Positions 13,372 to 27,900 of a stretch of 64,000 bases of DNA are shown in pieces. Every line of letters starts with the position of its first letter. The first letter of the stretch is position 1. Under the pieces are notes generated by a model, which made no database searches, was not told where the DNA came from, and saw only the letters and a program-made list of their open reading frames with translations. Position numbers and translations under genes: made by a program. The stretch is taken from assembly GCF_009914755.1 (NCBI RefSeq), contig NC_060931.1; one strand, given 5' to 3'. This DNA is from the human T2T-CHM13v2.0 reference genome, Homo sapiens.

Positions 13372-14053
13372 CATTCTCAGAAAGTGCTTTGTGATGTGTG
13401 CGTTCAACTCACAGAGTTTAACCTTTCTTTTCATAGAGGAGTTTGGAAACACACTGTTTGTAAAGTCTGCAATTGGATATATGGACCTGTTTGAGGCCTT
13501 CGTTGGAAACGGGATTTCTTCATTTCATGCTAGACAGAAGAATTCTCAGTAACTTCTTTGTGCTGTGTGTATTCAACTCACAGAGTGGAACGTCCCTTTG
13601 CACAGAGCAGATTTGAAACACTCTTTTTGTGGAGTTTGCAAGTGGAGATTTCAAGCGATTTGATGCCAACAGTAGAAAAGGAAATATCTTCAAATAAAAA
13701 CTAGACAGAATCATTCTCAGAAACTACTTTGTGATGTGTGCCTTCAACTCACAGAGTTTAACCTTTCTTTTCTTAGAGCAGTTTAGAAACACTCTGCTTG
13801 TTATGTCTGCAAGTGGATATTTGGACCTCTTTGAGGCCTTCGTTGCAAACGGGGTTTCTTCCTTTAATGCTAGACTAAGAAGAGTTCTCAGTAACTTTTT
13901 TGTGTTGTGTGTATTCAACTCACAGAGTTGAACCTTGCTTTAGAGAGAGCAGATTTGAAACACTCTCGCTGTGGAATTTTCAGGTGGAGATTTCAAGCGA
14001 TTTGAGGACAATTGCAGAAAAGGAAATATCTTCGTATAATAACCAGACAGAAT
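13372..14053 (+). repeat. 4-mer deletion-variant HOR (682 bp) with hybrid M1/M3 monomer
   Basis: HOR starts at 13372 and 14054; ORF spacing 12838 to 13520 is 682. M1-type GGACCTGTTTG is followed by the M3-type tail CATTTCATGCTAGACAG. Confidence 0.95.
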
Positions 14054-15799
14054 CATTCTCAGAAAGTGCTTTGTGATGTGTGCGTTCAACTCACAGAGTT
14101 TAACCATTCTTTTCATAGAGGAGCTTGGAAACACACTGTTTGTAAAGTCTGCAATTGGATATATGGACCTGTTTGAGGCCTCCGTTGGAAACGGGATTTC
14201 TTCATTGAATGCTAGACGGAAGAATTCTCAGTAAATTCTTTGTGTTGTGTGCATTGAACTCAGAGAGTGGAAAGTCCCTTTAGACAGAGCAGATTTGAAA
14301 CACTCTTTTTGCGGAATTTGCAAGTGGAGATTTCTAGCCATTTGATGCCAACAGTAGAAAGGGAAATATCTTCAAATAAAAACCAGACAGAATCATTCTC
14401 AGAAAATTCTTTGTGATGTGTGCGTTCAACTCACATAGTTTAACCTTTCTTTTCATAGAGCAGTTTGGAAACACTCTGTTTGTAAAGTCTGCAAGTGGAT
14501 ATATGGACCGCATTGAGGCCTTCGTTGGAAACGGGATTTCTTCATTTCATGCTAGACAGAAGAATTCTCAGTAACTTCTTTGTGCTGTGTGTATTCAACT
14601 CACAGAGTGGAACGTCCCTTTACACAGAGCAGATTTGAAACACTCTTTTTGTGGAGTTTGCAAGTGGAGATTTCAAGCGATTTGATGCCAACAGTAGAAA
14701 AGGAAATATCTTCAAATAAAAACTAGACAGAATCATTCTCAGAAACTACTTTGTGATGTGTGCCTTTAACTCACAGAGTTTAACCTTTCTTTTCTTAGAG
14801 CAGTTTAGAAACACTCTGCTTGTTATGTCTGCAAGTGGATATTTGGACCTCTTTGAGGCCTTCGTTGCAAACGGGGTTTCTTCCTTTCATGCTAGACTAA
14901 GAAGAGTTCTCAGTAACTTTTTTGTGTTGTGTGTATTCAACTCACAGAGTTGAACCTTGCTTTAGAGAGAGCAGATTTGAAACACTCTTGCTGTGGCATT
15001 TTCAGGTGGAGATTTCAAGCGATTTGAGGACAATTGCAGAAAAGGAAATATCTTCGTATAATAACCAGACAGAATCATTCTCAGAAAGTGCTTTGTGATG
15101 TGTGCGTTCAACTCACAGAGTTTAACCTTTCTTTTCATAGAGGAGTTTGGAAACACACTGTTTGTAAAGTCTGCAATTGGATATATGGACCTGTTTGAGG
15201 CCTCCGTTGGAAACGGGATTTCTTCATTGAATGCTAGACGGAAGAATTCTCAGTAAATTCTTTGTGTTGTGTGCATTCAACTCACAGAGTGGAACGTCCC
15301 TTTAGACAGAGCAGATTTGAAACACTCTTTTTGCGGAATTTGCAAGTGGAGATTTCTAGCCATTTGATGCCAACAGTAGAAAGGGAAATATCTTCAAATA
15401 AAAACCAGACAGAATCATTCTCAGAAAATTCTTTGTGATGTGTGCGTTCAACTCACATAGTTTAACCTTTCTTTTCATAGAGCAGTTTGGAAACACTCTG
15501 TTTGTAAAGTCTGCAAGTGGATATATGGACCGCATTGAGGCCTTCGTTGGAAACGGGATTTCTTCATTTCATGCTAGACAGAAGAATTCTCAGTAACTTC
15601 TTTGTGCTGTGTGTATTCAACTCACAGAGTGGAACGTCCCTTTGCACAGAGCAGATTTGAAACACTCTTTTTGTGGAGTTTGCAAGTGGAGATTTCAAGC
15701 GATTTGATGCCAACAGTAGAAAAGGAAATATCTTCAAATAAAAACTAGACAGAATCATTCTCAGGAACTACTTTGTGATGTGTGCCTTCAACTCACAGA

Positions 15800-18700
15800 G
15801 TTTAACCTTTCTTTTCTTAGAGCAGTTTAGAAACACTCTGCTTGTTATGTCTGCAAGTGGATATTTGGACCTCTTTGAGGCCTTCGTTGCAAACGGGGTT
15901 TCTTCCTTTAATGCTAGACTAAGAAGAGTTCTCAGTAACTTTTTTGTGTTGTGTGTATTCAACTCACAGAGTTGAACCTTGCTTTAGAGAGAGCAGATTT
16001 GAAACACTCTTGCTGTGGAATTTTCAGGTGGAGATTTCAAGCGATTTGAGGACAATTGCAGAAAAGGAAATATCTTCGTATAATAACCAGACAGGCTCAT
16101 TCTCAGAAAGTGCTTTGTGATGTGTGCGTTCAACTCACAGAGTTTAACCTTTCGTTTCATAGAGGAGCTTGGAAACACACTGTTTGTAAAGTCTGCAATT
16201 GGATATATGGACCTGTTTGAGGCCTCCGTTGGAAACGGGATTTCTTCATTGAATGCTAGACGGAAGAATTCTCAGTAAATTCTTTGTGTTGTGTGCATTG
16301 AACTCACAGAGTGGAACGTCCCTTTAGACAGAGCAGATTTGAAACACTCTTTTTGCGGAATTTGCAAGTGGAGATTTCTAGCCATTTGATGCCAACAGTA
16401 GAAAGGGAAATATCTTCAAATAAAAACCAGACAGAATCATTCTCAGAAAATTCTTTGTGATGTGTGCGTTCAACTCACATAGTTTAACCTTTCTTTTCAT
16501 AGAGCAGTTTGGAAACACTCTGTTTGTAAAGTCTGCAAGTGGATATATGGACCGCATTGAGGCCTTCGTTGGAAACGGGATTTCTTCATTTCATGCTAGA
16601 CAGAAGAATTCTCAGTAACTTCTTTGTGCTGTGTGTATTCAACTCACAGAGTGGAACGTCCCTTTGCACAGAGCAGATTTGAAACACTCTTTTTGTGGAG
16701 TTTGCAAGTGGAGATTTCAAGCGATTTGATGCCAACAGTAGAAAAGGAAATATCTTCAAATAAAAACTAGACAGAATCATTCTCAGAAACTACTTTGTGA
16801 TGTGTGCCTTCAACTCACAGAGTTTAACCTTTCTTTTCTTAGAGCAGTTTAGAAACACTCTGCTTGTTATGTCTGCAAGTGGATATTTGGACCTCTTTGA
16901 GGCCTTCGTTGCAAACGGGGTTTCTTCCTTTAATGCTAGACTAAGAAGAGTTCTCAGTAACTTTTTTGTGTTGTGTGTATTCAACTCACAGAGTTGAACC
17001 TTGCTTTAGAGAGAGCAGATTTGAAACACTCTTGCTGTGGCATTTTCAGGTGGAGATTTCAAGCGATTTGAGGACAATTGCAGAAAAGGAAATATCTTCG
17101 TATAATAACCAGACAGAATCATTCTCAGAAAGTGCTTTGTGATGTGTGCGTTCAACTCACAGAGTTTAACCTTTCTTTTCATAGAGGAGTTTGGAAACAC
17201 ACTGTTTTTAAAGTCTGCAATTGGATATATGGACCTGTTTGAGGCCTCCGTTGGAAACGGGATTTCTTCATTGAATGCTAGACGGAAGAATTCTCAGTAA
17301 ATTCTTTGTGTTGTGTGCATTCAACTCAGAGAGTGGAACGTCCCTTTAGACAGAGCAGATTTGAAACACTCTTTTTGCGGAATTTGCAAGTGGAGATTTC
17401 TAGCCATTTGATGCCAACAGTAGAAAGGGAAATATCTTCAAATAAAAACCAGACAGAATCATTCTCAGAAAATTCTTTGTGATGTGTGCGTTCAACTCAC
17501 ATAGTTTAACCTTTCTTTTCATAGAGCAGTTTGGAAACACTCTGTTTGTAAAGTCTGCAAGTGGATATATGGACCGCATTGAGGCCTTCGTTGGAAACGG
17601 GATTTCTTCATTTCATGCTAGACAGAAGAATTCTCAGTAACTTCTTTGTGCTGTGTGTATTCAACTCACAGAGTGGAACGTCCCTTTACACAGAGCAGAT
17701 TTGAAACACTCTTTTTGTGGAGTTTGCAAGTGGAGATTTCAAGCGATTTGATGCCAACAGTAGAAAAGGAAATATCTTCAAATAAAAACTAGACAGAATC
17801 ATTCTCAGAAACTACTTTGTGATGTGTGCCTTTAACTCACAGAGTTTAACCTTTCTTTTCTTAGAGCAGTTTAGAAACACTCTGCTTGTTATGTCTGCAA
17901 GTGGATATTTGGACCTCTTTGAGGCCTTCGTTGCAAACGGGGTTTCTTCCTTTCATGCTAGACTAAGAAGAGTTCTCAGTAACTTTTTTGTGTTGTGTGT
18001 ATTCAACTCACAGAGTTGAACCTTGCTTTAGAGAGAGCAGATTTGAAACACTCTTGCTGTGGCATTTTCAGGTGGAGATTTCAAGCGATTTGAGGACAAT
18101 TGCAGAAAAGGAAATATCTTCGTATAATAACCAGACAGAATCATTCTCAGAAAGTGCTTTGTGATGTGTGCGTTCAACTCACAGAGTTTAACCTTTCTTT
18201 TCATAGAGGAGTTTGGAAACACACTGTTTGTAAAGTCTGCAATTGGATATATGGACCTGTTTGAGGCCTCCGTTGGAAACGGGATTTCTTCATTGAATGC
18301 TAGACGGAAGAATTCTCAGTAAATTCTTTGTGTTGTGTGCATTCAACTCAGAGAGTGGAACGTCCCTTTAGACAGAGCAGATTTGAAACACTCTTTTTGC
18401 GGAATTTGCAAGTGGAGATTTCTAGCCATTTGATGCCAACAGTAGAAAGGGAAATATCTTCAAATAAAAACCAGACAGAATCATTCTCAGAAAATTCTTT
18501 GTGATGTGTGCGTTCAACTCACATAGTTTAACCTTTCTTTTCATAGAGCAGTTTGGAAACACTCTGTTTGTAAAGTCTGCAAGTGGATATATGGACCGCA
18601 TTGAGGCCTTCGTTGGAACCGGGATTTCTTCATTTCATGCTAGACAGAAGAATTCTCAGTAACTTCTTTGTGCTGTGTGTATTCAACTCACAGAGTGGAA

Positions 18701-21700
18701 CGTCCCTTTGCACAGAGCAGATTTGAAACACTCTTTTTGTGGAGTTTGCAAGTGGAGATTTCAAGCGATTTGATGCCAACAGTAGAAAAGGAAATATCTT
18801 CAAATAAAAACTAGACAGAATCATTCTCAGGAACTACTTTGTGATGTGTGCCTTCAACTCACAGAGTTTAACCTTTCTTTTCTTAGAGCAGTTTAGAAAC
18901 ACTCTGCTTGTTATGTCTTCAAGTGGATATTTGGACCTCTTTGAGGCCTTCGTTGCAAACGGGGTTTCTTCCTTTAATGCTAGACTAAGAAGAGTTCTCA
19001 GTAACTTTTTTGTGTTGTGTGTATTCAACTCACAGAGTTGAACCTTGCTTTAGAGAGAGCAGATTTGAAACACTCTTGCTGTGGAATTTTCAGGTGGAGA
19101 TTTCAAGCGATTTGAGGACAATTGCAGAAACGGAAATATCTTCGTATAATAACCAGACAGAATCATTCTCAGAAAGTGCTTTGTGATGTGTGCGTTCAAC
19201 TCACAGAGTTTAACCTTTCTTTTCATAGAGGAGCTTGGAAACACACTGTTTGTAAAGTCTGCAATTGGATATATGGACCTGTTTGAGGCCTCCGTTGGAA
19301 ACGGGATTTCTTCATTGAATGCTAGACGGAAGAATTCTCAGTAAATTCTTTGTGTTGTGTGCATTGAACTCACAGAGTGGAACGTCCCTTTAGAAAGAGC
19401 AGATTTGAAACACTCTTTTTGCGGAATTTGCAAGTGGAGATTTCTAGCCATTTGATGCCAACAGTAGAAAGGGAAATATCTTCAAATAAAAACCAGACAG
19501 AATCATTCTCAGAAAATTCTTTGTGATGTGTGCGTTCAACTCACATAGTTTAACCTTTCTTTTCATAGAGCAGTTTGGAAACACTCTGTTTGTAAAGTCT
19601 GCAAGTGGATATATGGACCGCATTGAGGCCTTCGTTGGAAACGGGATTTCTTCATTTCATGCTAGACAGAAGAATTCTCAGTAACTTCTTTGTGCTGTGT
19701 GTATTCAACTCACAGAGTGGAACGTCCCTTTGCACAGAGCAGATTTGAAACACTCTTTTTGTGGAGTTTGCAAGTGGAGATTTCAAGCGATTTGATGCCA
19801 ACAGTAGAAAATGAAATATCTTCAAATAAAAACTAGACAGAATCATTCTCAGAAACTACTTTGTGATGTGTGCCTTCAACTCACAGAGTTTCACCTTTCT
19901 TTTCTTAGAGCAGTTTAGAAACACTCTGCTTGTTATGTCTGCAAGTGGATATTTGGACCTCTTTGAGGCCTTCGTTGCAAACGGGGTTTCTTCCTTTCAT
20001 GCTAGACTAAGAAGAGTTCTCAGTAACTTTTTTGTGTTGTGTGTATTCAACTCACAGAGTTGAACCTTGCTTTAGAGAGAGCAGATTTGAAACACTCTTG
20101 CTGTGGCATTTTCAGGTGGAGATTTCAAGCGATTTGAGGACAATTGCAGAAAAGGAAATATCTTCGTATAATAACCAGACAGAATCATTCTCAGAAAGTG
20201 CTTTGTGATGTGTGCGTTCAACTCACAGAGTTTAACCTTTCTTTTCATAGAGGAGTTTGGAAACACACTGTTTGTAAAGTCTGCAATTGGATATATGGAC
20301 CTGTTTGAGGCCTCCGTTGGAAACGGGATTTCTTCATTGAATGCTAGACGGAAGAATTCTCAGTAAATTCTTTGTGTTGTGTGCATTCAACTCAGAGAGT
20401 GGAACGTCCCTTTAGACAGAGCAGATTTGAAACACTCTTTTTGCGGAATTTGCAAGTGGAGATTTCTAGCCATTTGATGCCAACAGTAGAAAGGGAAATA
20501 TCTTCAAATAAAAACCAGACAGAATCATTCTCAGAAAATTCTTTGTGATGTGTGCGTTCAACTCACATAGTTTAACCTTTCTTTTCATAGAGCAGTTTGG
20601 AAACACTCTGTTTGTAAAGTCTGCAAGTGGATATATGGACCGCATTGAGGCCTTCGTTGGAAACGGGATTTCTTCATTTCATGCTAGACAGAAGAATTCT
20701 CTGTAACTTCTTTGTGCTGTGTGTATTCAACTCACAGAGTGGAACGTCCCTTTGCACAGAGCAGATTTGAAACACTCTTTTTGTGGAGTTTGCAAGTGGA
20801 GATTTCAAGCGATTTGATGCCAACAGTAGAAAAGGAAATATCTTCAAATAAAAACTAGACAGAATCATTCTCAGAAACTACTTTGTGATGTGTGCCTTCA
20901 ACTCACAGAGTTTAACCTTTCTTTTCTTAGAGCAGTTTAGAAACACTCTGCTTGTTATGTCTGCAAGTGGATATTTGGACCTCTTTGAGGCCTTCGTTGC
21001 AAACGGGGTTTCTTCCTTTAATGCTAGACTAAGAAGAGTTCTCAGTAACTTTTTTGTGTTGTGTGTATTCAACTCACAGAGTTGAACCTTGCTTTAGAGA
21101 GAGCAGATTTGAAACACTCTTGCTGTGGAATTTTCAGGTGGAGATTTCAAGCGATTTGAGGACAATTGCAGAAAAGGAAATATCTTCGTATAATAACCAG
21201 ACAGACTCATTCTCAGAAAGTGCTTTGTGATGTGTGCGTTCAACTCACAGAGTTTAACCTTTCGTTTCATAGAGGAGCTTGGAAACACACTGTTTGTAAA
21301 GTCTGCAATTGGATATATGGACCTGTTTGAGGCCTCCGTTGGAAACGGGATTTCTTCATTGAATGCTAGACGGAAGAATTCTCAGTAAATTCTTTGTGTT
21401 GTGTGCATTGAACTCACAGAGTGGAACGTCCCTTTAGACAGAGCAGATTTGAAACACTCTTTTTGCGGAATTTGCAAGTGGAGATTTCTAGCCATTTGAT
21501 GCCAACAGTAGAAAGGGAAATATCTTCAAATAAAAACCAGACAGAATCATTCTCAGAAAATTCTTTGTGATGTGTGCGTTCAACTCACATTGTTTAACCT
21601 TTCTTTTCATAGAGCAGTTTGGAAACACTCTGTTTGTAAAGTCTGCAAGTGGATATATGGACCGCATTGAGGCCTTCGTTGGAAACGGGATTTCTTCATT

Positions 21701-24700
21701 TCATGCTAGACAGAAGAATTCTCAGTAACTTCTTTGTGCTGTGTGTATTCAACTCACAGAGTGGAACGTCCCTTTGCACAGAGCAGATTTGAAACACTCT
21801 TTTTGTGGAGTTTGCAAGTGGAGATTTCAAGCGATTTGATGCCAACAGTAGAAAAGGAAATATCTTCAAATAAAAACTAGACAGAATCATTCTCAGAAAC
21901 TACTTTGTGATGTGTGCCTTCAACTCACAGAGTTTAACCTTTCTTTTCTTAGAGCAGTTTAGAAACACTCTGCTTGTTATGTCTGCAAGTGGATATTTGG
22001 ACCTCTTTGAGGCCTTCGTTGCAAACGGGGTTTCTTCCTTTAATGCTAGACTAAGAAGAGTTCTCAGTAACTTTTTTGTGTTGTGTGTATTCAACTCACA
22101 GAGTTGAACCTTGCTTTAGAGAGAGCAGATTTGAAACACTCTTGCTGTGGCATTTTCAGGTGGAGATTTCAAGCGATTTGAGGACAATTGCAGAAAAGGA
22201 AATATCTTCGTATAATAACCAGACAGAATCATTCTCAGAAAGTGCTTTGTGATGTGTGCGTTCAACTCACAGAGTTTAACCTTTCTTTTCATAGAGGAGT
22301 TTGGAAACACACTGTTTTTAAAGTCTGCAATTGGATATATGGACCTGTTTGAGGCCTTCGTTGGAAACGGGATTTCTTCATTGAATGCTAGACGGAAGAA
22401 TTCTCAGTAAATTCTTTGTGTTGTGTGCATTCAACTCACAGAGTGGAACGTCCCTTTAGACAGAGCAGATTTGAAACACTCTTTTTGCGGAATTTGCAAG
22501 TGGAGATTTCTAGCCATTTGATGCCAACAGTAGAAAGGGAAATATCTTCAAATAAAAACCAGACAGAATCATTCTCAGAAAATTCTTTGTGATGTGTGCG
22601 TTCAACTCACATAGTTTAACCTTTCTTTTCATAGAGCAGTTTGGAAACACTCTGTTTGTAAAGTCTGCAAGTGGATATATGGACCGCATTGAGGCCTTCG
22701 TTGGAAACGGGATTTCTTCATTTCATGCTAGACAGAAGAATTCTCAGTAACTTCTTTGTGCTGTGTGTATTCAACTCACAGAGTGGAACGTCCCTTTACA
22801 CAGAGCAGATTTGAAACACTCTTTTTGTGGAGTTTGCAAGTGGAGATTTCAAGCGATTTGATGCCAACAGTAGAAAAGGAAATATCTTCAAATAAAAACT
22901 AGACAGAATCATTCTCAGAAACTACTTTGTGATGTGTGCCTTTAACTCACAGAGTTTAACCTTTCTTTTCTTAGAGCAGTTTAGAAACACTCTGCTTGTT
23001 ATGTCTGCAAGTGGATATTTGGACCTCTTTGAGGCCTTCGTTGCAAACGGGGTTTCTTCCTTTCATGCTAGACTAAGAAGAGTTCTCAGTAACTTTTTTG
23101 TGTTGTGTGTATTCAACTCACAGAGTTGAACCTTGCTTTAGAGAGAGCAGATTTGAAACACTCTTGCTGTGGCATTTTCAGGTGGAGATTTCAAGCGATT
23201 TGAGGACAATTGCAGAAAAGGAAATATCTTCGTATAATAACCAGACAGAATCATTCTCAGAAAGTGCTTTGTGATGTGTGCGTTCAACTCACAGAGTTTA
23301 ACCTTTCTTTTCATAGAGGAGTTTGGAAACACACTGTTTGTAAAGTCTGCAATTGGATATATGGACCTGTTTGAGGCCTCCGTTGGAAACGGGATTTCTT
23401 CATTGAATGCTAGACGGAAGAATTCTCAGTAAATTCTTTGTGTTGTGTGCATTCAACTCAGAGAGTGGAACGTCCCTTTAGACAGAGCAGATTTGAAACA
23501 CTCTTTTTGCGGAATTTGCAAGTGGAGATTTCTAGCCATTTGATGCCAACAGTAGAAAGGGAAATATCTTCAAATAAAAACCAGACAGAATCATTCTCAG
23601 AAAATTCTTTGTGATGTGTGCGTTCAACTCACATAGTTTAACCTTTCTTTTCATAGAGCAGTTTGGAAACACTCTGTTTGTAAAGTCTGCAAGTGGATAT
23701 ATGGACCGCATTGAGGCCTTCGTTGGAACCGGGATTTCTTCATTTCATGCTAGACAGAAGAATTCTCAGTAACTTCTTTGTGCTGTGTGTATTCAACTCA
23801 CAGAGTGGAACGTCCCTTTGCACAGAGCAGATTTGAAACACTCTTTTTGTGGAGTTTGCAAGTGGAGATTTCAAGCGATTTGATGCCAACAGTAGAAAAG
23901 GAAATATCTTCAAATAAAAACTAGACAGAATCATTCTCAGGAACTACTTTGTGATGTGTGCCTTCAACTCACAGAGTTTAACCTTTCTTTTCTTAGAGCA
24001 GTTTAGAAACACTCTGCTTGTTATGTCTTCAAGTGGATATTTGGACCTCTTTGAGGCCTTCGTTGCAAACGGGGTTTCTTCCTTTAATGCTAGACTAAGA
24101 AGAGTTCTCAGTAACTTTTTTGTGTTGTGTGTATTCAACTCACAGAGTTGAACCTTGCTTTAGAGAGAGCAGATTTGAAACACTCTTGCTGTGGAATTTT
24201 CAGGTGGAGATTTCAAGCGATTTGAGGACAATTGCAGAAACGGAAATATCTTCGTATAATAACCAGACAGAATCATTCTCAGAAAGTGCTTTGTGATGTG
24301 TGCGTTCAACTCACAGAGTTTAACCTTTCTTTTCATAGAGGAGCTTGGAAACACACTGTTTGTAAAGTCTGCAATTGGATATATGGACCTGTTTGAGGCC
24401 TCCGTTGGAAACGGGATTTCTTCATTGAATGCTAGACGGAAGAATTCTCAGTAAATTCTTTGTGTTGTGTGCATTGAACTCACAGAGTGGAACGTCCCTT
24501 TAGACAGAGCAGATTTGAAACACTCTTTTTGCGGAATTTGCAAGTGGAGATTTCTAGCCATTTGATGCCAACAGTAGAAAGGGAAATATCTTCAAATAAA
24601 AACCAGACAGAATCATTCTCAGAAAATTCTTTGTGATGTGTGCGTTCAACTCACATAGTTTAACCTTTCTTTTCATAGAGCAGTTTGGAAACACTCTGTT

Positions 24701-24930
24701 TGTAGAGTCTGCAAGTGGATATATGGACCGCATTGAGGCCTTCGTTGGAAACGGGATTTCTTCATTTCATGCTAGACAGAAGAATTCTCAGTAACTTCTT
24801 TGTGCTGTGTGTATTCAACTCACAGAGTGGAACGTCCCTTTGCACAGAGCAGATTTGAAACACTCTTTTTGTGGAGTTTGCAAGTGGAGATTTCAAGCGA
24901 TTTGATGCCAACAGTAGAAAATGAAATATC
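15800..24930 (+). repeat. 5-HOR tandem duplication (period 5110 bp); boundaries approximate
   Basis: Paired markers: ACAG(G/A)CTCATT ~16095/21205; TGTTTTTAAA ~17208/22318; GGAACCGGG ~18619/23729; ATGTCTTCAAG ~18919/24029; GAAACGGAA ~19131/24241; AAAATGAA ~19812/24922. Confidence 0.85.
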
Positions 24931-27900
24931 TTCAAATAAAAACTAGACAGAATCATTCTCAGAAACTACTTTGTGATGTGTGCCTTCAACTCACAGAGTT
25001 TAACCTTTCTTTTCTTAGAGCAGTTTAGAAACACTCTGCTTGTTATGTCTGCAAGTGGATATTTGGACCTCTTTGAGGCCTTCGTTGCAAACGGGGTTTC
25101 TTCCTTTAATGCTAGACTAAGAAGAGTTCTCAGTAACTTTTTTGTGTTGTGTGTATTCAACTCACAGAGTTGAACCTTGCTTTAGAGAGAGCAGATTTGA
25201 AACACTCTTGCTGTGGCATTTTCAGGTGGAGATTTCAAGCGATTTGAGGACAATTGCAGAAAAGGAAATATCTTCGTATAATAACCAGACAGAATCATTC
25301 TCAGAAAGTGCTTTGTGATGTGTGCGTTCAACTCACAGAGTTTAACCTTTCTTTTCATAGAGGAGTTTGGAAACACACTGTTTGTAAAGTCTGCAATTGG
25401 ATATATGGACCTGTTTGAGGCCTTCGTTGGAAACGGGATTTCTTCATTGAATGCTAGACGGAAGAATTCTCAGTAAATTCTTTGTGTTGTGTGCATTCAA
25501 CTCACAGAGTGGAACGTCCCTTTAGACAGAGCAGATTTGAAACACTCTTTTTGCGGAATTTGCAAGTGGAGATTTCTAGCCATTTGATGCCAACAGTAGA
25601 AAGGGAAATATCTTCAAATAAAAACCAGACAGAATCATTCTCAGAAAATTCTTTGTGATGTGTGCGTTCAACTCACATAGTTTAACCTTTCTTTTCATAG
25701 AGCAGTTTGGAAACACTCTGTTTGTAAAGTCTGCAAGTGGATATATGGACCTGTTTGAGGCCTTCGTTGGAAACGGGATTTCTTCATTTCATGCTAGACA
25801 GAAGAATTCTCAGTAACTTCTTTGTGCTGTGTGTATTCAACTCACAGAGTGGAACGTCCCTTTGCACAGAGCAGATTTGAAACACTCTTTTTGTGGAGTT
25901 TGCAAGTGGAGATTTCAAGCGATTTGATGCCAACAGTAGAAAAGGAAATATCTTCAAATAAAAACTAGACAGAATCATTCTCAGAAACTACTTTGTGATG
26001 TGTGCCTTCAACTCACAGAGTTTAACCTTTCTTTTCTTAGAGCAGTTTAGAAACACTCTGCTTGTTATGTCTGCAAGTGGATATTTGGACCTCTTTGAGG
26101 CCTTCGTTGCAAACGGGGTTTCTTCCTTTAATGCTAGACTAAGAAGAGTTCTCAGTAACTTTTTTGTGTTGTGTGTATTCAACTCACAGAGTTGAACCTT
26201 GCTTTAGAGAGAGCAGATTTGAAACACTCTCGCTGTGGAATTTTCAGGTGGAGATTTCAAGCGATTTGAGGACAATTGCAGAAAAGGAAATATCTTCGTA
26301 TAATAACCAGACAGAATCATTCTCAGAAAGTGCTTTGTGATGTGTGCGTTCAACTCACAGAGTTTAACCTTTCTTTTCATAGAGGAGCTTGGAAACACAC
26401 TGTTTGTAAAGTCTGCAATTGGATATATGGACCTGTTTGAGGCCTCCGTTGGAAACGGGATTTCTTCATTGAATGCTAGACGGAAGAATTCTCAGTAAAT
26501 TCTTTGTGTTGTGTGCATTGAACTCAGAGAGTGGAACGTCCCTTTAGACAGAGCAGATTTGAAACACTCTTTTTGCGGAATTTGCAAGTGGAGATTTCTA
26601 GCCATTTGATGTCAACAGTAGAAAGGGAAATATCTTCAAATAAAAACCAGACAGAATCATTCTCAGAAAATTCTTTGTGATGTGTGCGTTCAACTCACAT
26701 AGTTTAACCTTTCTTTTCATAGAGCAGTTTGGAAACACTCTGTTTGTAAAGTCTGCAAGTGGATATATGGACCGCATTGAGGCCTTCGTTGGAAACGGGA
26801 TTTCTTCATTTCATGCTAGACAGAAGAATTCTCAGTAACTTCTTTGTGCTGTGTGTATTCAACTCAAAGAGTGGAACGTCCCTTTACACAGAGCAGATTT
26901 GAAACACTCTTTTTGTGGAGTTTGCAAGTGGAGATTTCAAGCGATTTGATGCCAACAGTATAAAAGGAAATATCTTCAAATAAAAACTAGACAGAATCAT
27001 TCTCAGAAACTACTTTGTGATGTGTGCCTTTAACTCACAGAGTTTAACCTTTCTTTTCTTAGAGCAGTTTAGAAACACTCTGCTTGTTATGTCTGCAAGT
27101 GGATATTTGGACCTCTTTGAGGCCTTCGTTGCAAACGGGGTTTCTTCCTTTCATGCTAGACTAAGAAGAGTTCTCAGTAACTTTTTTGTGTTGTGTGTAT
27201 TCAACTCACAGAGTTGAACCTTGCTTTAGAGAGAGCAGATTTGAAACACTCTTGCTGTGGCATTTTCAGGTGGAGATTTCAAGCGATTTGAGGACAATTG
27301 CAGAAAAGGAAATATCTTCGTATAATAACCAGACAGAATCATTCTCAGAAAGTGCTTTGTGATGTGTGCGTTCAACTCACAGAGTTTAACCTTTCTTTTC
27401 ATAGAGGAGTTTGGAAACACACTGTTTGTAAAGTCTGCAATTGGATATATGGACCTGTTTGAGGCCTCCGTTGGAAACGGGATTTCTTCATTGAATGCTA
27501 GACGGAAGAATTCTCAGTAAATTCTTTGTGTTGTGTGCATTCAACTCAGAGAGTGGAACGTCCCTTTAGACAGAGCAGATTTGAAACACTCTTTTTGCGG
27601 AATTTGCAAGTGGAGATTTCTAGCCATTTGATGCCAACAGTAGAAAGGGAAATATCTTCAAATAAAAACCAGACAGAATCATTCTCAGAAAATTCTTTGT
27701 GATGTGTGCGTTCAACTCACATAGTTTAACCTTTCTTTTCATAGAGCAGTTTGGAAACACTCTGTTTGTAAAGTCTGCAAGTGGATATATGGACCGCATT
27801 GAGGCCTTCGTTGGAAACGGGATTTCTTCATTTCATGCTAGACAGAAGAATTCTCAGTAACTTCTTTGTGCTGTGTGTATTCAACTCACAGAGTGGAACG

